A DNA stretch of 64,000 nucleotides. It comes from Patescibacteria group bacterium (lineage in GTDB: Bacteria > Patescibacteriota > Minisyncoccia > Phycocordibacterales > PALSA-1337). Shown here piece by piece: positions 36,224 through 45,223 of the stretch (position 1 is the first letter of the stretch; each line of letters opens with the position of its first letter). The translations under genes and the position numbers were made by a program. The notes beneath the pieces were generated by a model, which saw only the letters and a list, made by a program, of their open reading frames with translations, ran no database searches and had not been told where the DNA came from. The stretch covers positions 13,193 through 77,192 of the forward strand of contig JBBTYL010000002.1 in assembly GCA_038061795.1 (NCBI GenBank), read 5' to 3'.

Positions 36224-37528
36224 TTATTTCTTCCAAAGCTTTAGATCTGTCGGTGTCGGTCGGGAGCCTTTCGGTGCGGCGGATCGATCTGTTTCTGACC
36301 TCGACTGCTTGCCAACAGTCCCATCGGGCCATATGTGATAACCCGGCATGCAAGCCATCACATCATGATGATCATCATCGCTCACACTACTTTTCATTGG
36401 TCCTGAATAAAATGATAGTCTAGCTCTTGTGTAATAAACCAAATCGAACTCTTTAGTGTATGCTTTTATCTTTTCAAGAAGTTCGGTCCATTTCGGATCC
36501 TGTGTATTGTCGAATAGAATCACTTGTAGACCAAGTTTTGCAAGTGTACGAATTGAATTTTTTATATCTTCGAGATAAGTCACGGAATCTTTTCTTACTC
36601 GAGCCTCATATTGATTAATACTCAACCTGATATCTGAAATGCAGTCTCTATTCATTTCAGCAATTTTCTCAGCGGCGATTTGTGCTATTTTATCCATAGC
36701 CGACCATCCTGCTGTTGTGATATGTAGAGGCCTTACTGGTGTAGCTAATAATCTCGCCACATCCCCGAAATCAGCAGGAGACCCGTCCTCATGGAGAAAA
36801 TTTCTATCCTTATAATCAAAGGGGTCGCTATCATAATAATTGGTGATTCTATCGAAAATTGATCCAAAATGTATGTCTTTATAGTCAACAGGCACGGCAT
36901 CTATAAAACCGGCAGTTGATGGCTGTCCGAAATCTTTTACTGTTTTCTCGAAAAACGCAACTGCCTGTGGCTTTAACTTTCGGTATATTTCAAGGAAAGG
37001 ATGTTTAGCAAATATTTCAGCAGCCTTTTTACTGATGAGATTTGTTTCATCAGAGAAACCCGCTTTCCCATTTTTTATATTTCTTATTTCTTCAATACTG
37101 CATCCTGTACCCTCTTCAAGATCTTTAAAATAATTTTCAACCAACTGCCTCATTTTCTCCTCTGCCTTATGTTTTTGTTCGGCACTTTTCACGATTGCTG
37201 GATATGGCATGGTCTGAACCGTTTCAGCCGCGCCAGCGGCGCAGAAAGTACACTTGTGACGACACCCTTTTGTCACTTGAATATTAGAAAGCTCCTCACC
37301 GAATATTTCCGCGAGTTTTTCTTCCGAAAGCTCTAGCCCCTTGAATAATTCAGGTCTTGGATTTTCAACGGTTGGAATGTCCTCCGTTCTTGCTGTACCG
37401 GTCTCAACCTCTTTTCTAAAAGCCTCTCCTTCTTCTGACAACGGATAAGGAATCTTTAAAAACTTTTCTCTTATTAAGCCTTCATTTCTTAATTCTTCAG
37501 GTGGGGATGTAAACTCAAATTTTTCCAT
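36224..37528 (-). CDS. Radical SAM-motif protein
   Basis: QVTKGCRHKCTFC (CxxxCxxC), HITTAG, RLS, C-terminal C.PG..I.PDGTV. Confidence 0.65.
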   Translation of the reverse strand: MEKFEFTSPPEELRNEGLIREKFLKIPYPLSEEGEAFRKEVETGTARTEDIPTVENPRPELFKGLELSEEKLAEIFGEELSNIQVTKGCRHKCTFCAAGAAETVQTMPYPAIVKSAEQKHKAEEKMRQLVENYFKDLEEGTGCSIEEIRNIKNGKAGFSDETNLISKKAAEIFAKHPFLEIYRKLKPQAVAFFEKTVKDFGQPSTAGFIDAVPVDYKDIHFGSIFDRITNYYDSDPFDYKDRNFLHEDGSPADFGDVARLLATPVRPLHITTAGWSAMDKIAQIAAEKIAEMNRDCISDIRLSINQYEARVRKDSVTYLEDIKNSIRTLAKLGLQVILFDNTQDPKWTELLEKIKAYTKEFDLVYYTRARLSFYSGPMKSSVSDDDHHDVMACMPGYHIWPDGTVGKQSRSETDRSAAPKGSRPTPTDLKLWKK

Positions 37529-37654
37529 ACCAGAAGTATAGCAAATAAGAGAAACTTCGTCGGTGTGCCGTCTTAGAGGAAATTAGAACGATATTTGAGA
37601 AAAGGAATGATGCGACGATCTACATTCCAACATTTTACCCTGCATTTGAACACA

Positions 37655-38452
37655 CTATTCCAAATCAGAAAAAATAGGGTGTGCATCATTATCATCTATA
37701 GGTAGACTGCCTCTCAAATAGCCTTTCGTTTTACTGATGATTTCTTCTGCCGCCGACTTTTGCTCGGTGGTTATATTTTGTGGCAACGGTGTGTCGAGTA
37801 TTTGCTGAATAATTTCTCGCGCTCGAGTAAATTCTTTACCATATTTTCTTTCGACAGAGACCATGTGTCTATATAACCAAAGAACAACATTGCAGAGTGC
37901 TACCTTCCCGTCACGGATATAAAAGTCAGTGTCAACCAAATATATGTGCGGGACTTCATCACCCTTCTTTTTTCCATATACATATTGAGAGGCACTGTTT
38001 ATGTCAGCAAGATATAAACCACCTTCTTCTGGTAACTTATCTAAATAGTATTGAGCAATGCTTGCGTATAATTTTTCCACCTCTTCCGTTAGTTCAGGGG
38101 TAACTTCAATTTTATCCAGATCTGTACCATCAATTTTATCAACAATTGCATATATAACATCTTTGTCTTCGTCGCCTTTACCAATTATAAAATCGACTGG
38201 CGCATTGATGCCATATCTATCTTTCAATTCACTATATAATTTTTGTCCCAATTCCCCTATTACAACAGGGTCTACTTGACCTTTGTATCTTTCTTCCAAA
38301 TCCTCGAAACTCTCCATACGTACAATTTTGTCAGGATTATCTTTTATTTCAAAAATCTTGCCCCTGCCTTTATGGATTGGTGATATTTCACTTTCAATCA
38401 AATGGTCACTGAAATTTATTTCCTTATCGTGTTTTGGTTCTTGGTTTTCCAC
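37655..38452 (-). CDS. Hypothetical protein with possible kinase-like fold
   Basis: GTG leaderless start; G.G.IF, I.G.DL, LADI, IYLVDTD resemble catalytic and metal-binding loops. Confidence 0.55.
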   Translation of the reverse strand: MENQEPKHDKEINFSDHLIESEISPIHKGRGKIFEIKDNPDKIVRMESFEDLEERYKGQVDPVVIGELGQKLYSELKDRYGINAPVDFIIGKGDEDKDVIYAIVDKIDGTDLDKIEVTPELTEEVEKLYASIAQYYLDKLPEEGGLYLADINSASQYVYGKKKGDEVPHIYLVDTDFYIRDGKVALCNVVLWLYRHMVSVERKYGKEFTRAREIIQQILDTPLPQNITTEQKSAAEEIISKTKGYLRGSLPIDDNDAHPIFSDLE

Positions 38453-38523
38453 ACCAAAAGTCTATCAGGTTAAAGCTGAAATTACTAACTGAAGTAAGGT
38501 TGTCTCGCTAAAAAATATCTGTG

Positions 38524-38595
38524 GGTGGCTAGAGAGAATCGGACTCTCGATACCGGTTCCACAAACCGGAGTTTTACCACTAAACTATAGCCACC
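38524..38595 (-). tRNA. tRNA-His(GTG)
   Basis: G-1, acceptor GTGGCTA/TAGCCAC-C73, anticodon arm CCGGT-TTGTGGA-ACCGG, T loop TCCGATT. Confidence 0.92.
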
Positions 38596-38601
38596 ATATA
38601 A

Positions 38602-39072
38602 TTAAAGGGTCTTGCCGTCATGTGCCAAATAATGGCAATTTCTGCATAACCACCTTAGATTATCTATCTTATTATTTTTTCTGTTTTGGTCAATATGATG
38701 AACCACCAAAACCTTGACGTTAGTTATATCACATTTTGAACAAATTGGCCTAATATTGTTCCTTAGCATGATCTTTCTATACGCATTTTCTCCTCCCTTC
38801 CAATTGCCATGATCCTCACCCGAAAGAATATGGGCATTCTTCCAAACAGCAAAACATGACTTATTGCAAAAGAATCTTCCACTTTTTGACCTTTTAATTT
38901 CAAGCTTGGTTCTATAAAAAGACTTTTTGCAAATTTCACACAAACGTAACTCCCCAGTCTTCATTCTTTCCGAGGAGCAAGCTTGGGAACAATACTTACC
39001 CCAGCCAATTTTAATATGGCTAGGTTTTGCATAAAAATCTTTTGTACAATTTACACAGTTTATCCAAGGCAT
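38602..39072 (-). CDS. HNH endonuclease with N-terminal Cys-rich zinc modules
   Basis: Repeated CxxC..F...YCS..C; NWKGG; VHHID.N..NN...NL..LC.NCH...H. Confidence 0.88.
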   Translation of the reverse strand: MPWINCVNCTKDFYAKPSHIKIGWGKYCSQACSSERMKTGELRLCEICKKSFYRTKLEIKRSKSGRFFCNKSCFAVWKNAHILSGEDHGNWKGGENAYRKIMLRNNIRPICSKCDITNVKVLVVHHIDQNRKNNKIDNLRWLCRNCHYLAHDGKTL

Positions 39073-39100
39073 TCAACCATTATAATTTAATTTATAAGTA

Positions 39101-39130
39101 TTGACAATGTAATTACAAATGCATTATACT
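39101..39130 (+). promoter_or_regulatory. TA promoter with palindromic operator
   Basis: TTGACA-N18-TATACT, 6 nt before ATG 39137; TGTAATTACA palindrome (39108-39117) in the spacer. Confidence 0.65.
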
Positions 39131-39136
39131 GTCTGC

Positions 39137-39412
39137 ATGAATATACAAACAACACTGCAAATTAGGGTTGATGACTCTCTCAAAGAAAAAGCCTCTCAAG
39201 CCCTGAAGAGAATGGGGCTGGATCTCTCTTCTGGAATCAAGCTTTTTCTCAATGAAGTGGCCATGACCGAAACCATTCCCTTCTTACCATCAACTGAAAA
39301 AGGCAAAAAACTTCGGGGTTACGAAACATATAAAAAAGAAGCTGAATTTCTAAAAAAACATGGTAAAAGATTTACTTCTGGAAAAGAATTGATAGATGAT
39401 ATTTTAAAATAA
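39137..39412 (+). CDS. RelB/DinJ family antitoxin
   Basis: QIRVD..LK..A...L..MGLDLS..I.LFL......IPF. Confidence 0.9.
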   Translation: MNIQTTLQIRVDDSLKEKASQALKRMGLDLSSGIKLFLNEVAMTETIPFLPSTEKGKKLRGYETYKKEAEFLKKHGKRFTSGKELIDDILK

Positions 39413-39455
39413 AAAAATTCATTAATTCTTCATCTCTGTATGTTACGGTAAAGGA

Positions 39456-39734
39456 ATGTACAGCATACTTTATTCAAGCAAATTCAGAAAACAATCAAAG
39501 AAAATAGTGGGGTCAGGCAAATATCCTCGAGAGAAGATCGAGTACATTATTAATATTCTTGCTTCTGGAATTCCTCTGGAACCTCACCTTAAAAACCACA
39601 AGTTGCATGGCAAATATAATGGCATGATGGAGTGTCATGTTATACCAAATATGCTTTTGGTTTATGAAAAGGATGAAGAAAAAAGATTAATAATCCTCAT
39701 GGCCCTCGGAAGCCATTCCGAATTATTCAAATAA
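39456..39734 (+). CDS. YafQ/RelE family mRNA interferase toxin
   Basis: F.KQ.KK, NHKL.G, ECHV.P..LLVY, GSHSELF. Confidence 0.9.
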   Translation: MYSILYSSKFRKQSKKIVGSGKYPREKIEYIINILASGIPLEPHLKNHKLHGKYNGMMECHVIPNMLLVYEKDEEKRLIILMALGSHSELFK

Positions 39735-39940
39735 CTGTGCGGAGGGCTGGACGATGTTCGGGCCTATCGCTACAAAGCTGAACATGCAGCCGCACTCATA
39801 TACGCCCACTTCAGAAAGGAGTTCGGGATTCCGATCAGGAAACGAATTGTGAGACCAGCTAAGAATAGCAGGCGGAAAAATTCGCTGAAGGGGTAAAGGT
39901 TTGCCGAAAGCGGCAAGATTATTGAGATAAAGCTAAATCA

Positions 39941-40990
39941 CTAAATAACAAAAGCGACACTATACCTTGCCCTAGTCACCGCTACATACAATTTAGAGCG
40001 ATCTCCAACGTGATCAAGATTCCTAGATTTTAGATACGCTTTCATTGGGCCAGTAGGGAAAATCAAAACTCTGTCGTAATTTCTTCCCTTGGATGCTCCA
40101 ATATTAAATGCTGGCAAATTCATCGTATCACTCTGCTTATTCCATCTCAGCACTACTGGCTTGTAACTCTCAAAATATGTCGGCACTTCAGGTTTTTTGA
40201 TCATAAAAATGCCGTCATGCCCTGTCGTGGTCCCATTCATCGACTTCGTCTTATTAAAATCTGGGAACAACACATCCGCAAAATCACAAATTACCTGATT
40301 ACACCTGAATGAATCATTTTTTTCTTCCATAGTGATCAGGCCTGAGCCGCTATGCTGAAGAACCCAATCAAATATACCGCTTCTCTTAAATTTCTTATTT
40401 TTTCCAGAATTATTCGTACTAAAAGTCCCTTGCCGGGGATCACCCACCGCTGTGATTGGAAGTGCGGACTGAAAAAGCTTCTCAAGGAAAGTGAGGTCAT
40501 ATCCCGCCAAGTCTTGCACCTCATCAATGAAGATATGATCGTAAGCTTTTTCAAGTCTCCTAACAATCAACCCGCCGGAGCGCTCATCGCATGTACAGAC
40601 AAAATCAGAAACTCGATCCCGGTAAATATCTCCACTATTTGCTAGGTAATAGCGGTCAAGATTGTTCTTGGGAGCATATTTGGTCCCACTAGGCATATCC
40701 TTAAAAAGGATGGATGCGATCCGAGATTTTTCCGTCACGAAGCTTTGGTAAGGCCGGATGCCTTCCTGTAATAAAAAGCTGAACCATGATAACAGCACGA
40801 TGTGTTTTGGGACATGCCCGCACTTTTCAATTAGATAAGACCTGATCTGGTCCAAGTTCTCATGGGTGTATGTTGTTATCAGAATCCGCTTCCCGACCAA
40901 CGCAATAGCCTCCTCGACAATCATGGTTGTCTTCCTTGATCCAGCGCTCGCCACGACCACCTTGTTTTTAGCTGACGGCATCTTTGACAT
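39941..40990 (-). CDS. gajB: Short UvrD-like helicase, Gabija GajB-like
   Basis: ASAGSRKT, TYT, IDEVQD, VGDPRQ, SFRC, SKG, YVAVTRAR; overlaps the OLD nuclease gene. Confidence 0.8.
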   Translation of the reverse strand: MSKMPSAKNKVVVASAGSRKTTMIVEEAIALVGKRILITTYTHENLDQIRSYLIEKCGHVPKHIVLLSWFSFLLQEGIRPYQSFVTEKSRIASILFKDMPSGTKYAPKNNLDRYYLANSGDIYRDRVSDFVCTCDERSGGLIVRRLEKAYDHIFIDEVQDLAGYDLTFLEKLFQSALPITAVGDPRQGTFSTNNSGKNKKFKRSGIFDWVLQHSGSGLITMEEKNDSFRCNQVICDFADVLFPDFNKTKSMNGTTTGHDGIFMIKKPEVPTYFESYKPVVLRWNKQSDTMNLPAFNIGASKGRNYDRVLIFPTGPMKAYLKSRNLDHVGDRSKLYVAVTRARYSVAFVI

Positions 40991-42563
40991 ACGCGGGAAA
41001 TTCTATCTTCTCGTTGGTCTCGAACAACGCGAGCGCGCATTCCGTCTTATTGGCGGTCATATAATCAACAAGTTCTGGTTTATCTTTGAAAGCCTTGCCA
41101 AAAACTTTATTTAACACGTCTAGCCCATTAACCTCTGCGATGTGAGGCTCCAGTGTTGTAAGGGCATTGTTCTTATCGGCGCACACTTTGATTGAGCCGA
41201 AAGCAGAATATGGTGTGTATTTTTTCTCAACCTTATTCTCATAATCGCCATCATTATCAGTTACAACTGCGACGGTGTTTGAAAGCTCTTTTGCAATATC
41301 AAGGAACCGGGCAAAAGAAAGTCCCCGAACGCTTATGACATCAACACCTGCTTCAATCGGCAACTTTCCGTGTTTCACCAGGAAAGCTTTTTGAACAATC
41401 AATTCGTCAGACGGCCCTTCAACTAAAATGGCCTTCTTTGCCAAAATGAGGCGCAGGGTATCATATCCAGAAAGTTTTTTGAAGTAATCCTGCGTATCTG
41501 GAGGCAGTTTGCTCAAATTTGAATGCTTCGCTTCATGAAGGAAAATCACCTTGTCGATACCAAGCTTATTTAAAACGTATGCGCTGTGTGTCACGATCAC
41601 GATCTGTTTCCCAGCACATTTTTCCCGTATCTTTTTAATGAGTGTACTCATCGAGGAAAACGAGAGATGGTTCTCAGGCTCTTCAATAAGAATGACATTC
41701 GACTCCTTTGCTTGCCGCTCAAGTGCGAGCATGATTTTGAGGGCGCTCTGTTCTCCCTTACCAATGAACTGGAATGGCAATTCATCTAAATGAGGAATCA
41801 GGGAGTTTTCCCAATTTGTCTTTTGCGAAGTGTCGATGGAAATTGCGAGCTTCTTGGTCGTTATCGCGCCCTGGTTTTGGGTCAGTTTTGCATTGATACC
41901 AACAATTGCGTCCTCAGCTGAAAACTGCTCTTTCAGTTTTCTGTAAGCAATCGCCAGCGAAACCTTCTCTTTTGCATCAAGGCTGCCGTTGATTATTTCT
42001 TGAAGGAAATAATCAGTCCCACTTTGTAGACGGATTGTGGTCGCATCGATATTGGAAATGGCAACCGGCAGACTACGAGGTGTTATCGCGTTATTTGCAA
42101 ATGAATACCAGTGAACCTTGTAGTACTCGGTTGGAATGGTTTTTATTTGCTCCCTTGCTTCAAGCAGCTTGGAATATTCATCCGCATACTCGTCATCAAA
42201 CGAGATCACCAATTTCAATCCAACGTAGTCCGTCTTCTGTGAATTATTGTTTCCTCGCAAGTATTGCAACTCTGCCAATTCCTCAAGATACAGTTCAATT
42301 ACTATCTCCGGCGGAACTGGATTGCCTCCACCAGCTACCTCTTTCAAATACGCGTCGATAGAGGCCTTGTTGAACAAGTGGGAAGAGAGCTCATATTCAA
42401 TCGCTTTGCCGTTGAGTCTTTTGGTCAGCACTAATGCTATTGCTTCAAGGATGGTTGACTTACCTGCCTCGTTGTTTCCAACGATAATGTTCAAATCCTT
42501 ATTAAGGGATAGGGTAAAAGCTTGGAACAGCTTGAAGTTTTTAATGTAAATTTGATTTATCAT
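40968..42563 (-). CDS. gajA: OLD-family ATPase/TOPRIM nuclease, Gabija GajA-like
   Basis: GNNEAGKST, IEEPENHL, THS, LVEGPSDE, TDNDGD, KT. Confidence 0.85.
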   Translation of the reverse strand: MINQIYIKNFKLFQAFTLSLNKDLNIIVGNNEAGKSTILEAIALVLTKRLNGKAIEYELSSHLFNKASIDAYLKEVAGGGNPVPPEIVIELYLEELAELQYLRGNNNSQKTDYVGLKLVISFDDEYADEYSKLLEAREQIKTIPTEYYKVHWYSFANNAITPRSLPVAISNIDATTIRLQSGTDYFLQEIINGSLDAKEKVSLAIAYRKLKEQFSAEDAIVGINAKLTQNQGAITTKKLAISIDTSQKTNWENSLIPHLDELPFQFIGKGEQSALKIMLALERQAKESNVILIEEPENHLSFSSMSTLIKKIREKCAGKQIVIVTHSAYVLNKLGIDKVIFLHEAKHSNLSKLPPDTQDYFKKLSGYDTLRLILAKKAILVEGPSDELIVQKAFLVKHGKLPIEAGVDVISVRGLSFARFLDIAKELSNTVAVVTDNDGDYENKVEKKYTPYSAFGSIKVCADKNNALTTLEPHIAEVNGLDVLNKVFGKAFKDKPELVDYMTANKTECALALFETNEKIEFPAYVKDAVS

Positions 42564-42741
42564 AATTGGGGGAGTGTTCGCTCTTCGGCAAAAAGTTAAG
42601 TCTTCTGAAGTGACATATTATTTGAATCACTACCCAGATGCTTCTGTGGGAATGAGTCAATCGTACGCCGATAGCAACTTCGAGTCAACGCACGCGCGTT
42701 GTTATGATTTAGTTGGTCCTTTATCAACCAATAAAATCATC

Positions 42742-42792
42742 ATGAAATCATATTTCGCATACATCCGCGTCTCAACAGCGCGACAAGGAGAG
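42742..42792 (+). pseudogene. Serine recombinase N-terminal fragment
   Basis: MKSYFAYIRVSTARQGE (YxRVST catalytic Ser motif), broken after ~17 codons. Confidence 0.75.
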
Positions 42793-42796
42793 GAAG

Positions 42797-43147
42797 ACCA
42801 TTTGGATTTCTCTTCACCTTGGATCTTTACGACTGTAAAGCGGGTGTTTGTGACGACATCGCCCTTTGCTACGACTTTCTGGAAAAGTTGGTGGATGAGC
42901 TTCAGATGCAAAAACAATCGCCGCCGTTTATTTTCCGTAGCGACGGGAACAAGTATCCCGAAAAGGCGGGCCTTAGTGGATGGGTTCCGCTGATTGAAAG
43001 CGGCATTCAGATCCACACACTTTCAGCTAAAAACTTTATTTCGATCGACATCTATTCCTGCGGCCCGTTCCGTACAGAACGGCTGGCGGAATTTGTGCGC
43101 ACTTTTTTTGAGCCCGGGGATATTGAGACCAATCTTATTCCGCGCGG
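42797..43147 (+). repeat. 351-bp direct repeat, copy 1 (5'-truncated AdoMetDC-like gene, stop at 43184)
   Basis: Matches 44025-44375 by eye from ACCATTTGG to CCGCGCGG. Confidence 0.85.
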
Positions 43148-43173
43148 GAAAAAATACCATTGTCGGATGACTG

Positions 43174-43342
43174 ATGCGAAATAAGCCTAAGCAGAGCTTG
43201 CTAATCTCTATTCGCGGCCCCGTTGAAGCGATTGTGGTCGCAAAAGGGGCCGCTGACATTGCGGATGTTAAATATGCTGCCTCTACCCATGGGGATCCCT
43301 ATTGCTGTCACCTGTTTCTTAGGCATGATTTCGCGGATTTGA
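43174..43342 (+). pseudogene. MfnB/DUF556-like N-terminal fragment interrupted by IS
   Basis: MRNKPKQSLLISIRGPVEAIVVAKGAADIADVK resembles LLVS....EA....GGADIIDVK. Confidence 0.45.
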
Positions 43343-43905
43343 GGTAATGGCTCAGTTTGAAGATTCACCCACTTGTAAGCGGTATTCCAAGTGGGTGTTC
43401 CCATCCGAGGATGAGGCTGCCATATTTCAGGCATCGTTTGCCACATCGTTCCGGTTTCCCCTATTTACTTTCCCGCTAGGGCACGGCTCGGTGTGGTTAT
43501 CTTCTGCGTAGCTACTGGCATCATTTTAATCACGCTCTTGCGAGGGTGAACCGGCGCTCGGACCAGAAGTTTTTCCGTGAGTTCAAAAATTTGGCTAACA
43601 TATCATCAGCCTCCTTTCTGGCCATCACGGCCATTTGTATGGCATCAGTAAATGGATTGTTCTTCAAGAAGATTAATAATCTCTTCCAAGCTCCAAACGT
43701 GATCTGTGAGTCCGGCGGCCATTGCGGGGGTTATGCGCAACGATTGATGAATGCGCCCGAAGTTGTAGAACATATAACGTAATGAACTGCGATGGAATGC
43801 TCGTGGTCTCAACCTTCTTGGAGAATCCGTTTGTGAGCCGCGTGAACCGGCGCATTGACATACGCTCACAAGTTCGCCAGTGACATTTCAAACTGAGCCA
43901 CTACC
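43343..43905 (-). mobile_element. Non-autonomous, internally deleted IS1-like element (563 bp)
   Basis: 19-bp TIRs GGTAATGGCTCAGTTTGAA / TTCAAACTGAGCCACTACC (18/19); 8-bp TSD GGATTTGA at 43335-43342 and 43906-43913; transposase remnant RRFTRLTNGFSKK, YNF.R.H.SL..TPAMAAG. Confidence 0.85.
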
Positions 43906-43932
43906 GGATTTGAGCGTGCATTGCGGTAAGGC

Positions 43933-44421
43933 GTGATACGTGGTAAGATTTGCTTACTCGTCAATAATGCTTCTGGGTACGTTGACGAATTAATTGTCGT
44001 GGAGGCATACAATAACGCGCAAAAACCATTTGGATTTCTCTTCACCTTGGATCTTTACGACTGTAAAGCGGGTGTTTGTGACGACATCGCCCTTTGCTAC
44101 GACTTTCTGGAAAAGTTGGTGGATGAGCTTCAGATGCAAAAACAATCGCCGCCGTTTATTTTCCGTAGCGACGGGAACAAGTATCCCGAAAAGGCGGGCC
44201 TTAGTGGATGGGTTCCGCTGATTGAAAGCGGCATTCAGATCCACACACTTTCAGCTAAAAACTTTATTTCGATCGACATCTATTCCTGCGGCCCGTTCCG
44301 TACAGAACGGCTGGCGGAATTTGTGCGCACTTTTTTTGAGCCCGGGGATATTGAGACCAATCTTATTCCGCGCGGAACTAAATATCACCACTCTTTTGCC
44401 GCAGATGAGCCCATAATTTAG
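43933..44421 (+). CDS. S-adenosylmethionine decarboxylase proenzyme-like protein (contains repeat copy 2, 44025-44375); start uncertain
   Basis: G...TLDLYDC, GLSGW..LIES (ES self-cleavage site), IHT, IDIYSC. Confidence 0.7.
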   Translation: MIRGKICLLVNNASGYVDELIVVEAYNNAQKPFGFLFTLDLYDCKAGVCDDIALCYDFLEKLVDELQMQKQSPPFIFRSDGNKYPEKAGLSGWVPLIESGIQIHTLSAKNFISIDIYSCGPFRTERLAEFVRTFFEPGDIETNLIPRGTKYHHSFAADEPII

Positions 44422-44565
44422 GAAATGCGGGGGAACAACGAATTCTGTTCCGATTGTCATTTCGCGGGTTAAAATCCCCACCTCTGAGACGTTGGGTTCA
44501 AAACATTTTTGCTTCTTCGATCAAAAAAAGCCCCTCGCGATAAATCGAGAGGGGTTGTGCTGATG

Positions 44566-45159
44566 TCAGCCGAACGACAACTCCTGTTGTCCAAGCGAAA
44601 CTTTGATGCGTTCCACCTCGGTAGGCTTGGGCGGTTCGCCTTGTTCCAAAGCCTCGGGTGATTGGATGCGGAGTGCGAGCGGCAGCCACGGTGCGATGTA
44701 ATGGATATTTGACCATGCGGCCCAATACTCATTGGACAACGCATTGCCGTGCATGACCCGGGTGGGGATGCCCCACAGGGTCGTGTTGATGAACGCCATG
44801 TCACAGGCCGTGCGGCTAATATCAATGGCGGTGACGCGCAGGCGTCTGCGGATTTCAGGCGGACACGCTTCCGCCACTGACAGAATCATCGCCCCTGCGC
44901 CGCAGGCAGGCTCACAGATGAGTATAGGCCCTTCGGCGGGCCATGATTCCGTGTCTCCCATGAGCATTTGTGCCATCATATCGCAGATGTTCTTCGGCGT
45001 GTGGAACTCGCCGTTCCATTGTTGTCCCTTCTGAGACAGAGCGGATTCCATATAGTATCCGCCAATCAAGTCCTCAAAGGGATGTATTTCCATTTCGGCA
45101 TCCCTGCCACGGTTGGCGCCAGGAAGCGCAGTTCCGGCCCCCCTGCTGATAAAGGCCAC
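44566..45159 (-). pseudogene. N6-adenine DNA methyltransferase-like fragment
   Basis: D.IG.YYME, GEFHTP, EPACGAGAM, DI, GNAL; N-terminus looks chimeric. Confidence 0.6.
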
Positions 45160-45223
45160 CTCCCATTGCTCGCGCAGAAGGCACAGGGACTGTTGCAGGT
45201 CTTGGAGTACGGGTGACGCCCCA

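Noticed and set aside
38536-38544. tRNA-His T loop TCCGATT as a sign of a pseudogene
   Set aside because: All stems, G-1 and C73 are intact; a single T-loop variant is not enough.
42574-42993. 139-aa ORF as a real gene
   Set aside because: It is the 17-codon recombinase start fused out of frame to the AdoMetDC repeat.
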